This document shows positions 37,670 to 50,300 of a DNA stretch of 64,000 nucleotides, piece after piece. The notes beneath the pieces were generated by a model, which was not told where the DNA came from, did no database searches, and saw only the letters and a list, made by a program, of their open reading frames with translations. The position numbers and the translations under genes were made by a program. Positions within the stretch are counted from its first letter, which is position 1. Each line of letters begins with the position of its first letter. The stretch comes from Lytechinus pictus (lineage: Eukaryota), in contig NC_087246.1 in the NCBI RefSeq assembly GCF_037042905.1, positions 1,552,001 through 1,616,000 of the forward strand. The letters run 5' to 3'.

Positions 37670-40600
37670 TCAACCATCACGGACTGTACCCATCTGTCTG
37701 CTGCCCTCCAGTGCATGTTCATGTCTATGAAGGGCATCAACCTCAAGGCGTTGATGACATGGTTGGCAGACCCTCTGTGGTTGGTAGAGCTGCTCTCGAG
37801 GGATGGCTATGAAGAAGTTACTACAGGATGCACAGAAGATCTGACCACAATTCCTGTAAGGAAGAAAATACATTGAATAAATCAAACTCACACAAGGGTT
37901 ATTCTCAAGAACATGTGAGCACTATACCAAGATATCACTGGTAAAAGCTAGATATGTCCAAGAAAACTTGTAAAATTGCAATGCAGTACAAATGTCTGAT
38001 TCTCTTCTTCAAGTACTATCAAAGGGCACAAATACTTTTGCAAATGCTTCATCTGAGACTCGACTATTAATGCAAACTCAGAGGCACCACCATGCATACT
38101 ATCATCTATGAACTGCTGGCTAACTTTCCATTCTTATTGAGTATTATACCTACCGGCAGTGGTGTTTCCTGACGACTAGATTGAATCTGCTATTGCACAA
38201 TGAGCAGTGACTAACGGCATGGTCTGGAATCCAGAGTGTTCGACTAGTATCTCCTTCATCTATCTGTTCCCAAGATACATCTGATCTAATTGAGTTACAT
38301 CGTGAATGGGATCGATTTTCTTCATCTTCAGGGTTCAACAGATTACAGTTCTGCACAAATGACATAATTCACCAAAAAAAATTATTTACTTTGAAAAAAT
38401 AATTACAAGAAAAATTGATGCATTTCTGATTACTCAAATGTACATAACATATATATGTTATTCATTATTAATTATTGTAAGTCAATAGTTAAAGAATGAC
38501 AAATGAATCGAAACATTCTTCCATCATGGTAGAGGAGAGGATGGTCATCTACTTGAGGCTGTCGCCTTATTTGACTCAAATCCATATCTGCAAAGGCAGT
38601 CAAGGTTTGGAGAACAATCCCTATCCCAGAGAATACTTGCATCAAGGAATCATAATGAAATGCTTTCTTTAATAATCTCTTACAACAAATTTCTTACATT
38701 TGTAGTATACATTTTCAGAATTAAGAAACAAAACTATGGTTTTGATTGATTTATCTTAAAGGTACATAATAAAAATGGCAAATATGGGTGAAAGGGGAAA
38801 ACTGTGGTGACCTACTCATTCTTACCTCTAATTCATCTAATGCACAGGCTAGATTAGGACTGCATTCTTCATTAGCAACCCGCAACCTTTCAATGATGGT
38901 GAGTAAGATCTGCTCTCTCTGTTTCATCACCTCCATCTTCTGTTGCTGCTCCTGTAGGATCCCTAGCATTCTACGTTGTCTAGGATCCTTGATACATGTC
39001 AGTCCATCCAGATCCAGGTGACGACCTAGCTTCAACTGCCTCTGGGAATCCCCTAAGGCATCTCCAACCATTGCCTCCAAACCGTTGCTATTGCTGCAGC
39101 TGGATGTCCTGCTAAGACATGTAGAGAAAGATGGTTCTGATCCTACCACAGCTGACTGTGAGATGTGATTATTATGTCCATTAGAAAGGCTAACCCCTAG
39201 GGAAGATAGTTTACTAAGGTGATTTGCTAGAGGTGTGATGTCTCCATCATCTAACAATGGCAAGTGTGGAATGTGATGTCCTGTCTGGATGGGTACACTT
39301 GCAGACTGTTTAACCTGGTACCCAACATGAGAATTACTAATGTCACTAGTGCTTGTACTGATGCTAGAGCTTTGAAAGAGTAATCCTTTCATCAGGGCAG
39401 CATGTCCATTCAAAATATCTCCATTAGGAGTGATGTCCCCATTTGATTCAACAGGAGAATGGTCAAATCCATTGCAATCAGTCGGACCCATCTGAACCTT
39501 TGGATCATCAGTTCTTTTGTGTTCTGGAGATGAGTCTTCTGTAACAGTTTCTGTAGAACTCTCCATATGGGCATCCAAAATATGTTTCGTTCTTGGTGTC
39601 TTTCTTGGAGTTGAGGACAAAGGACTTCCTTCTGAAATTTCTCCTTCAAAATCCTCTTCAGTATGACCATTAGTCAAGCCATTGCTCAACCTGATATCAT
39701 GGCCATTTCCATTAATCTCTTGCTGTTCACAGTCTTCTGGAGTACCAATGACACCATTAGTCAGGGTCACTGCCGAGTCACCATTCTCTTCTACTCCATG
39801 GCCATTTGTGAGTCCTCGCTCTCCCTCTTCATTATCACTTCCATCTTCTTGAGTATGTCCGTTTGTCAATGGTTCATCTTGAGTGTCCTTGGCTTCCTCA
39901 TCTTCCCTTTCTAGTGGCAGCGGTGGGATTATGCGATTCTTTGGCGATGTCCCAAGAGTGGATTCTATCTTTAAGTCACTCAGATTGGGGTCACTGGAGG
40001 TCCTGGTCAATCCCTGTGTATCACCTCCCATGTTGCCTCGGCTAGGCTCATCTTCGCTCACTGACTTGTGGATATTGTCAAAGGAGCGAGTTCTTGAGAG
40101 CTTTGGGCTTTCTGCAGGATTGAGTCCTGACTGTGATGCTTGTTGGACTGGAGGACCTGAATCCTCACAGATACTGTGAGATGTCTCTGATAGGTATACA
40201 GCAATCCACAGGTCAAGTTCCCTGATGTCACATGTTGGGTACAATACCTGTCACAGAGAAATTAAAATGGATTCAGGAAACATAATAATTATCAAAATTA
40301 GATATTTTATTACAAAGCATTCTCTTGCAAGATTCACATACTTTACTTTATCTAAAATGGAAGCCTTCACAAAAAGCCTCTCAATATCTCGTGAACGTAA
40401 CACTTATTCTCTTTATAATTATCATATAAATCTCATCATAAATCTATGAACAATTCAAATGTTCAACCCCATTAGCATCCATAACATCATTCACAGAAGA
40501 AAATGAACACTACCGTAAGGGCACTAGTATTCAACCCGTTTGGAGAGTTTCCTCAAATATATAGAAATATAGAATTTACCTGAATTTCAGACCTGTCTTA

Positions 40601-43600
40601 TTTCCAAGAGCAAATGCTGGTTATTCTTTTTCCGTTATTTTTTTCTTCAACCAGTTGACTGTGTGCGCGGGCGATCAAATTATACGGCGACGGATTTTGG
40701 TACTAGTATTCAACCCATCGGCACTAGTATTCAACCTAGCGATGAAAGATGGCCCTGTCTCTCAATCTGCCCTTGTCCCATCCGACTATGGACTAGACAA
40801 TTTGAGATGAGACCAAACAGGGAATTAATCAAAGCCAGAGACTTACATAGATCTAGATCTAATTTAGCAATCTAAACCCTTTTGAGATTTGCTATCAATC
40901 CTCACTAGGTTGAATACTAGTACCATTCAGTGCAAAAGGCCATCGCCGCATAATTCGATCCTCCGCGCATACAGTCGACAGATTGACAAAGAAAATATCG
41001 ACAACAGATTACCCTGGAAATAACAAAGGTGTGAAATTAAGATAAATTCCCTATTTCTAAATATTTTGGGGAATAATATGTCAAAATCTTTGAATTATGC
41101 CGGGTTGAATACTAGTACCCATACGGTATGCTAAATGAATTTTAACAAAATGTGTGATAAATTTCAAATTGAATATTCAACATAAGTATTTTCTTTACTA
41201 TGAAGTATCAACACAAATTCTAAATTATAGAGTTGGTTTTTAAAGTTGACTAATGGAATGAATCATATTGACTAGATTTGCTTGAACTGACCTTGTCTAT
41301 CTTTGAATCATAGAGGAAGTTCTTGTACTTGTTACCCTCTACGATAAGAAGAGACCAGACAGAACAGGTACGCTCCTTGACAGAGTTCTTGAGTCTAGCT
41401 TTCAGACTGTTACACAGGAATGTCCCAAACAGGCAAGAATAAGTGTGTTGTACTAGTTTCACCTGTAACAATATCAAATATGAATATAAATTCAAATTTA
41501 AAATACAAGGATGCTAATACATGCTAGAATAGGTAAGCACAGTGTTAGTATATTCAAGATGATGTGAATTTTATTAGCCCTTTCTCTAATTCCTCTTTCC
41601 AGTTTTGAAGAAATACACGCTACAAATGAACAAAGTCCAAGAAACAGAAAGTGTAGCAATGTATAAATGATTAATTGGTAGGGTGTAAATATAAATAATC
41701 ACAAGAATAACAAAATATTATAAAAGAAAATTTCAAAACAAGTTGAATGAAACAAGATGAAAGAATCTGTTCCATCAACTATATTAAAATGATTTTGGTT
41801 TACTAAAGAACATGATATTCAAATCAACATGAGGTAATCCCTTTCTATCTTCAATTGTATGATATTATAAACAGAATTTCACATTCTGTGGCTGAATAAA
41901 TAATTCAATTTAGCAAGGATAACTCTATCTTGATTCAAAAGCCTCCGTTAAAGTGACTTACAAGGAATGTTTCATTGAATTCAAACGCTGTAGGATACTG
42001 CCTAAGAAGCTGATGGATGCAATCAAGCCACTGAAGGAATACTGGACATCTCTCATTACCATCATCTTGACCAGGACGATGACCACAACGGTCAGCAAAC
42101 TTATGACCAAAGTCAAGCCACTCACGCTCAACAAGAACTTGAAAACCCTGTCGGAAAAAAAAACATATGACAGTTGATGTTTTCAATTCAATGTACTAAA
42201 AACTTGTCATATTTTATTTTTTTTACACACCTAAATATATTTACTTTCCAGACTTGTTTACTGTAATAAATTAGATTTGTCCTAAACAGACTTTATAAAT
42301 ACTGAATATTATTGATTCTTTGTTTTTGAAGACTCTATACACTCCAATTATACTAATGGAACAAACTGCTGCAAAAATCCTCTACAAGAATATTAGGAAA
42401 GGGATGAAAAATCTGATATTACTACAATCTTGGAAATCTTGGAAATGTAATGAACTACTTTCTATGAAATATACTATCAGAGTGACTCCTGTATTGTGAA
42501 CCCTTCATCTCAAAATTGCTTTACCATTTACCTAAAAAAAAACATATAATTTTAATTATAGTCTCTGACTATGGTATAAAAATGATAATAAAGATATTGC
42601 CAGCCAAGAAATCTAACAGAACATTTGGCTCCCCACATGAAGTTACATTTTAATTTTCAATCTTGAGATCCTGCAGAATCGAGCTAGAGGGTAAGGACTA
42701 AACATTCATCTCACCTGCATAGTCCTATAGAAAGGATCAAGCATGATCTCAGCCAATGCTACAATCTGAGGAGTTCTATCCCAACCATCTGAACAATGTA
42801 CAATGACTGGTCTAGCATCCTGATCAATAGCAGTCACTACCTTGATAGATGACTTGAGGAGCATGGATAGATTCTGAAGCCATTTGGTCGCCTCCAAATT
42901 AGATAACCATCTATAACATTAAGATGATGATTTAAAGATTTTATTCATATTCATAAATAGTAAATATATTACAACCAATGATCATTTTACAAGCCACTAT
43001 AAAAGATCAATTGGCTGGGAAAAGATCTGATACATATTATGGCACTGATATAAAACTTGTTTTATGAAAATTGTAGTAGATGTCAAACCTTTTTTTATGT
43101 ATATAAAAATGGTGATTCCAAAGACAAATGATCTTGGGTAAAAATGTTTTTAAATATTCACCCTCAAACTTCTTTGGCTCTTCATACTCAATCTATTCCT
43201 ACAGTCATACTAACAGCTTCATGAAACAACCATACCCTCCTAATAACAATAAAAAGATAACTTACGTGCTCTGATCCAGATTGTTATTGCTACAGAGTGC
43301 ATGGACAGTATTGAAACTCTTTCTGATTGTGTGTATGTTGGCCAAACCCATGAACTCTATATCACAACAAGTGTAGTACTCTAAAATGAAAAAAAAAAAT
43401 AGAGAATAGATAAAGTCATGAAGCAAAGATGTGAATAGAATCAATGTTAGAATAACATTCCTACAGTCTATTTCTGTATTGTGCCTTATAAGAAACCACT
43501 CCATAAAATTCATATCAACAAAGAGTGCTTAACTTTTGTAATGATTTGCATACACCCTGTTCATTGGAATTCAAACCTGTAAAACACCAATAAAAATAAC

Positions 43601-46600
43601 AATACAAATACTATAGCAAATTCTTTTCTTTTTTTAACATGGATTTATTATAAAAATGATGGATCCATAGGTAATTCAATCGGTCAGATAGCATGCCACG
43701 TTAAGCTGTAAAGCTGCCTTTTTGATCATTCTTGTAGCCCTCACCCCTTCCCTTTCCTTTTTAGACATTGGCAGTAAACAACAGATATCCAAACTGTGAG
43801 CCTCTCTCACTTGATTTTGTGTCTCACATGAATAGAGTAATTATTCATACCTGGATATTCACAGCCACCTCCCTTTGCTCTATTTGCAAACGCTGCTGCA
43901 TAGGACCTAGCATCTATGATGAGAATCGTCTTGGATTGACGGTCATACTCTCCTCTCCTTGTATCATCTAACAACATAGGAAAGTGACTTAATTAGAAAA
44001 TTATCTTATTATGCAGGGGACAGGTTTAGTGGACAAGCCTTCAAACTTTAAGGGCACATGTTTCAAATTTTGTACCTAATCCAAAGAAGTCTTCAATTGA
44101 AGCTAGCCATTGCCGTGGTATATTCGGTACCCATTAGGATGCCAAATATTTTAAAAACGCGAGTAGCTTAATATCACAAGATTCAAAATAAAGCCCTGAT
44201 TCAATGCCAATAAGCATTGGTTTGAGCAAGATCTGGCAACATCAGTTTAAAACCACATCATTTCAACACTGTTATTCAGTTCAATTCATTAAAGGTATTC
44301 ATTTTAAGAATGCTTTGTATGGCAGTAAAAAGGATAAAATTCAGCATGCTTACATCACAGAACTCAATCATATTATATCATGTTAAATTATTAATCTTCA
44401 TGACCATGTCCCTTAGATGTACCTACATTATACACACAAGAGGGCTTAGCAATTGATCTTGGGGTTGGTTTCTATGCTTGACAGCATGGATAATTTTGTA
44501 TGATCACCCATTAAAATCAACCCTAAAATCAGTCGTTTACTTCTAGGTTACAGTGTCCTGGTCTGGCAAAGTATGTGATTTCTCTTAGATTGGTAACTAC
44601 TTTCCTATTCTCTACAAAAATCCATCTGTATTTTCAAAATAGTTTTTTCCCCTATGAATTTCAGTAGACACCATAGAAGTACATGTATAAATTAAAGTTA
44701 CTACAAACCCTAAAATCAAGATCAAAATAGATTTAGAGATCTACAACTAACGATGCTCAAACTGAGGAGAGAGAGAGAAGTAAAACTTATATCCACATCC
44801 AACAAACCTTGATCATTTGGAATCCCTTTTGATTCTGATCTAACATGACCATTGCTATGACAACTCTTCTTATTCTTCTTTGGATCATCCATAGCACATG
44901 CATCCAAGATGGCTGACATGATTCCTTCATCTTCTTCACTCCGCCATCCAAACCATCCCACAGCAGGCTGACTGCAACGAGCGATCACTGCCCCATTGCC
45001 CTTGTGTCTAGTACAGAAACATAATTTAACAAGTTTAGGATTTAGAAATACATAGTATCAATACTAAACCATTTTATTTTATCAGTCAAGAGATGAAACA
45101 ACAGCAAGAGTACAGAGTACATACAATAATAATCTTCAATTCTAAATGATGATGATAATAATGAAGATGATGATTGATGATGATGATGGTTGTGGTGGTG
45201 GTGGTGGTGATGATGATTGATGATTGATGATGATGATGGTGATGATGGTGGTGATGATGATGATGATAGTGGTGGTGGTGGTGATAATGGGAGTGATAGT
45301 GGTATTGGTGGTGATGATCATAATTACCTCCAAACTACTGATGGAAACCTCTTTGATGTCCTGAAGTTAGCAGATTTCTTCATAGTATCATCTTCAATTT
45401 CTTTTGGTACAATGTGCTGAGTAGGATAGGTTGTGCAGTACCTAATAGAAAGAAAAAAAAGACACTTTCAATTTCTAAAGATCACATGATTGAGTAATGA
45501 ATTATGCTGTATCGTACTAAGTCTCAGGCATTTATTCAAGTTTAATTGGTTTTAATTGGTAAAGTATCACAGATACTATTTCTACATTGTTTTCAATTCA
45601 ATTTATTCAACCATAAAAATATGTATATACAAATCATACAGTGTACAAAATTATGCACATAGATTATGCACATATGCTTGAATAAAATATACACTTGATG
45701 GATATTTGGTCGAAAAATAAGCTGGACATTAATCAAGGGAATATGAGCAGGGAGGGTAGACAAGGGATATACAGATAACTTTCATTAGATTGCCAATGTA
45801 CAGACTGAAGTTTTATTACATATTGTTACAAAGATTATATGAACCTTGCCATTCAGTTATTCAACATACCTTTATTTTCAAGTATCAATATCAGTCAATG
45901 GCCTATAAAGCTTGTTTGGCCTGTTATCAAGTCTGATAAAAAGAAACTCAAGCTTTGACTCACTTCACAGAGTTTAATTAAATTCACTAGTAGAAGAGTT
46001 GTATGTGTCAGACGTACAGCTCAGATTACTGGTTTTCATGCATACTAATGATCCCTAACAGCTGTGTTCCTTAAATAAACATAAAACCGTCTGGGAATTA
46101 CATCACTTCCCAATATAAAAGCCCTACAAAGTTGATCCTATCTACAATCTCTACACAACCAGTAAAAGTAAAAAAATTTAGGATGCATTGGTGGATTTTT
46201 GCGGCCTTTTGAAAAAGATCCAATTGAGAAAACACATCTTTTATTTAAGTAATGGTTTATCCAACCTAGCAAGAATGCTTCAACAAAAAGTACAATCAAA
46301 ATTTTGCAGACATTTTGTTAAGAATGTTGATTATAAGAGGATACCATTAGATGATACAAATTTCCATTTTTCAAAACCAAATGCCTACTTGAACCAGATG
46401 CCGATCTAAGATTTTTTTTTTAATCCCCAAAAGTCTGTCATTCAAGTAAATTTCTTCAGAATTTTCTAACAAGCAATATAATATCTTTTATCACTTCAAA
46501 ATAGCAACCCCTGGAATTTGTTCCTGACTGGGAGGCACAAGACTATTACATTACATCAATGAGAAAAATAATTCACAGATCAATTTCGTTAAAATCTTCC

Positions 46601-47352
46601 TCCATTACTTTAGAGAAGCCAGATCTTGATTGCTGTTCCTGAGCCAACTACAAATGTTCTATTCTTACCAAACACACTACATACTCTTCAAATATGTACA
46701 TCACCAGACAATATTTACATTGTCTCTGTTTACATTCAATTGAAGAGCCACCTCCCCCCTTCCTCTGCCATTCATTAACACACTAAAGTCATCAGACCAT
46801 AACTGAGATCATGTTCCACTTCCCTGTTATTACAATTCATCCTATACACATGAAATTTGTAATGTTATATTCATCACATGTATTTACCGATCATTTTTCT
46901 TTTAACAATGAAGCATGTGCAGAACAATAGCACACATATCTTAATTTCAAACGATGCTATGAATATGAAGTGTTGAATGTTGAAATCAAATAGTCTGAGG
47001 TACAAGTGATGATTTCTTCCCTACTTTAGTTGTAGTAATTAGTTGAATCAACAAATAATTCTACAGTTCTAAACGTGATATAGAGGAAGCATAAATAGAA
47101 CATTCCTTTAATAACTCACATATTGAAATACTTACTTGAAATCTGAGTTGTCAAATATTCTCCATGCTCTCTTTAAATCAAATCCTTGACGATCAATTTC
47201 GTTTCTGAATTTGCAGTGTACAACTTTACCTGTAATGAGACAAGGATGTGAAAGGCAGCAATAATATGGAGCAAATCAAATGTTAGAGTTAAAACTACAA
47301 TTATTCATGCATGTCTGGGTCCTAATGTATAGAATATAAAATTGAAAACACC

Positions 47353-47384
<32 letters not shown>

Positions 47385-50300
47385 GGGGGGGGGGGGGTTG
47401 TTTCTACCAGATTTAACGCATGAAGTCAATGACAGAATTGCGCTTACCCGAGTTTACTATTTTTATCAGTTTTCTGAAAAAGCCTCCTGGTGGCATAAAA
47501 AAGAATCAAGTCTATTAACAATTGAAATAATTGTAAGGCAATATATTATCAGAAAAAAAATTGACATGATATAATATTTAGCAATTGTACAACATTCTAT
47601 CAAATTATCATCAAATACATGTACAACTGCTTTATCATCACTAAAAATATGCAGACGTGTATGGGCAAGTCTGAAGTGATTTCTTACCATAGTCATAAAT
47701 CAATTTCATATATGTAAATCGTTTCATTACCTATCAATAAATGTACTCTGTACTACTAGTATTTGATTAAAGATAAAGAGCGAGATAGCATAATATTGGA
47801 AATAAAGATAATGCTTACAAACATAAACAAAATATAAAAGAATTAAATAGCATCATAATATAATTCTAGTTAAAGCATGAGAGCACTTTTAAGTGCCACT
47901 AGTCAAGAATGTTTATTCAATCTAATCAAAATTCTTAGAAAAAAATTGTTTGGCAATGATAATATTTTCTATACTTTATGTTCGTAAATATTAAAAAAAT
48001 ATACAGTTACGTGATCAGTCACATGAATGTGTGTTGATCCCCACTCCTATGAAAACCCATACATTGTCCCTCTCCATTATACCAGTATTGCTACCCAGTG
48101 AGTAGAGCCTATTGAATAATTTGAAATGAAATGAGGTGTTTCATATTCACAGGGTTCTCATTTCAATAGCAATCAGTTCACAGCAGCATGTAACCAGCCT
48201 AATCAGGTGTCAGATTCTAGTATTTAAAGGGTAAGGTAGCCTCTGAAAATAATCTGCTTGACTAGAGGTCTCCATGACATGTAACAAAAAGGTATTTACG
48301 TAAAAGCTCTATCAAGGTAAACTGCTCTAAAATCTGTTTAAAAACAGAAGAGTAAAATTATAATCATTTGCTTACATGTATGTGAAAGCCACTAAAGATA
48401 GCAAAATGTTACAATGATAGGACTAGGTTTCCATTATAGGTTCAATTTAGTGTCTGATAAAATATGAAGAGGCAAAGCTGTGAAGCGGAGTTTCACATTA
48501 GAAAGTGTTGGTGCCTTTTTAATTTTCCTCATTTAAGCTGCAATATAAAAGGATTCAACCCCCCCCCCCCCCCCCCTCTTTGAAATGCAATATATAATTT
48601 TTTTTAACTGAGGCCGGTCTAGTAGATGGATTGTATCCATACTCAACAATGAATATGATACAAAAAGCAATATTGTCCTCTAGAGTACATCAGAACACAC
48701 AATTCATCATTGCTCTCCATTGCCATGATCTCTCACAGGTTTTCAGTCGATGACCCCCCCCCCCCCCCCCACCCCTCTTGAAAAATCATGTGCACATGTA
48801 TGCATCTGGCAAGGATAAAAAACAAAAATTTAAGCCTCTAGCTGAATTTATCAAATGGTAATCCCAATATACCTTAGCTACATATTTTTATATTCTTAAG
48901 TAATTGTGGTGTTTGAGTATGCTTCTCCTTCAAGAACAATAAAATGAAATATTAACATAACCAGCAGTTTCATTACATCATGATATATTCATGTAGGCCT
49001 ACAGTGTACATGTATATTTTGTTCTCTAATTGACTTTAAAGAGCCCCTGAGTGAGGGATTATAGTACATAACCATTCATATTTCAAACACAATGGATTCA
49101 AGCTGTCAAATATCACCTGTCTATTCATATCAAGTAAGTTATAACTTATAAATGAATATCACATAGTGTAATCCATTATGAACTACGCAGCTGATCTCAA
49201 TGAAACTGGTAGTGTTATCATCAGTCCATCTACCTATTCTCATTACATGGATTCTTTGAATAGCCTTGAATTGGACCTCAATTCCACCAATCTCGACATT
49301 TTATTAAAAGGCATAGAAATGCCACCAAAGTTATCAAAACAATAACTCACAACATGCTGATAAGCCTAGGGAAAGTGAAAAATAATGTATAGAAATATTG
49401 ACCTACATAGGCCTATATTGCACCCACTTTCACCAGTCTCTTGCCCTACTATAGTATAATGTACAACTTGACATTCAAATCATCTCGATAGGACCCTGAC
49501 CATATTAATTATATCAGAATTAGATCGGATGTTGTATCGAGGGTAGGCAGATAAAAAATGTGCTATATGTGATAGCGTTAATTTTCTGCACCATTTAATG
49601 TTGTCATTTGAGTTCTTTGTGGTATCAACAAAAATCAAGTCTATAGCCCTGTAATATAAAAGCTGAGATATTTAGTACTAATTCTGGGATTTGATTATTG
49701 CAAGTTAACTGCAGTCTGCACAAATATAATGTAGTATATCAGTTGATCGAGGAGGGATGTGTGTTGTGTGTGAGTGTGTGGGGGATGGTTTCAGTGGTAA
49801 ATCAACTTCCATTGTACATATACATGTACATGAATTAATGTGTACATATAGGGTCTATGTGTGATTCCACATTCCAAAATCTAAAATGTCATTCTATATT
49901 TTATATTCTATCACCACTATAATGCTGTCTGAATATTTTATATGTTCAACACTGCTGATGGAAAATAATTGATTGCATTTTTGTGTCCTTGCTGATCCCT
50001 CATTTATACAGATCTTATATACTAAAAAACAATGTTAATTATTGTACAGCTGTGCTTTAAATTGACCTGAATATCTGATTAAATATTAATAATTATATCA
50101 CTCCTATCTCTCTCCATGAGTCATCAGACGGTTATCTGTCCCTTATCTAAGTTCATACGCTGCTCTATGGCAGATAGTGGTAACATCATGTCTTTTCTAC
50201 AAGACTTATTTATGGTCTGTGGGCAGACATAATTGTCTGGTCTAGATACTAATGAAATACAAATACACAGACAAGTTTGAGCTATGAGTGGGTGTACATG

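Noticed and set aside
38751..38825. ORF extension past 38826 as a FYVE-less C-terminus
   Set aside because: A strong GAG|GTAAG donor at 38825 splices in frame to the FYVE exons. The extension is intron read-through with no supporting evidence.
40513..41126. CRISPR-like array (recurring ACTAGTATTCAACC; likewise GTAACGTGAGTAACC at 55059-56316)
   Set aside because: Spacing is irregular, the ACTAGTATTCAACC copies are in mixed orientation, both motifs lie inside TIR elements in a eukaryotic intron, and there are no cas genes. These are subterminal transposon repeats.
45142..45420. Poly-Ile/Thr and poly-Asp/Gly ORFs
   Set aside because: They are translations of a GAT/GGT microsatellite.
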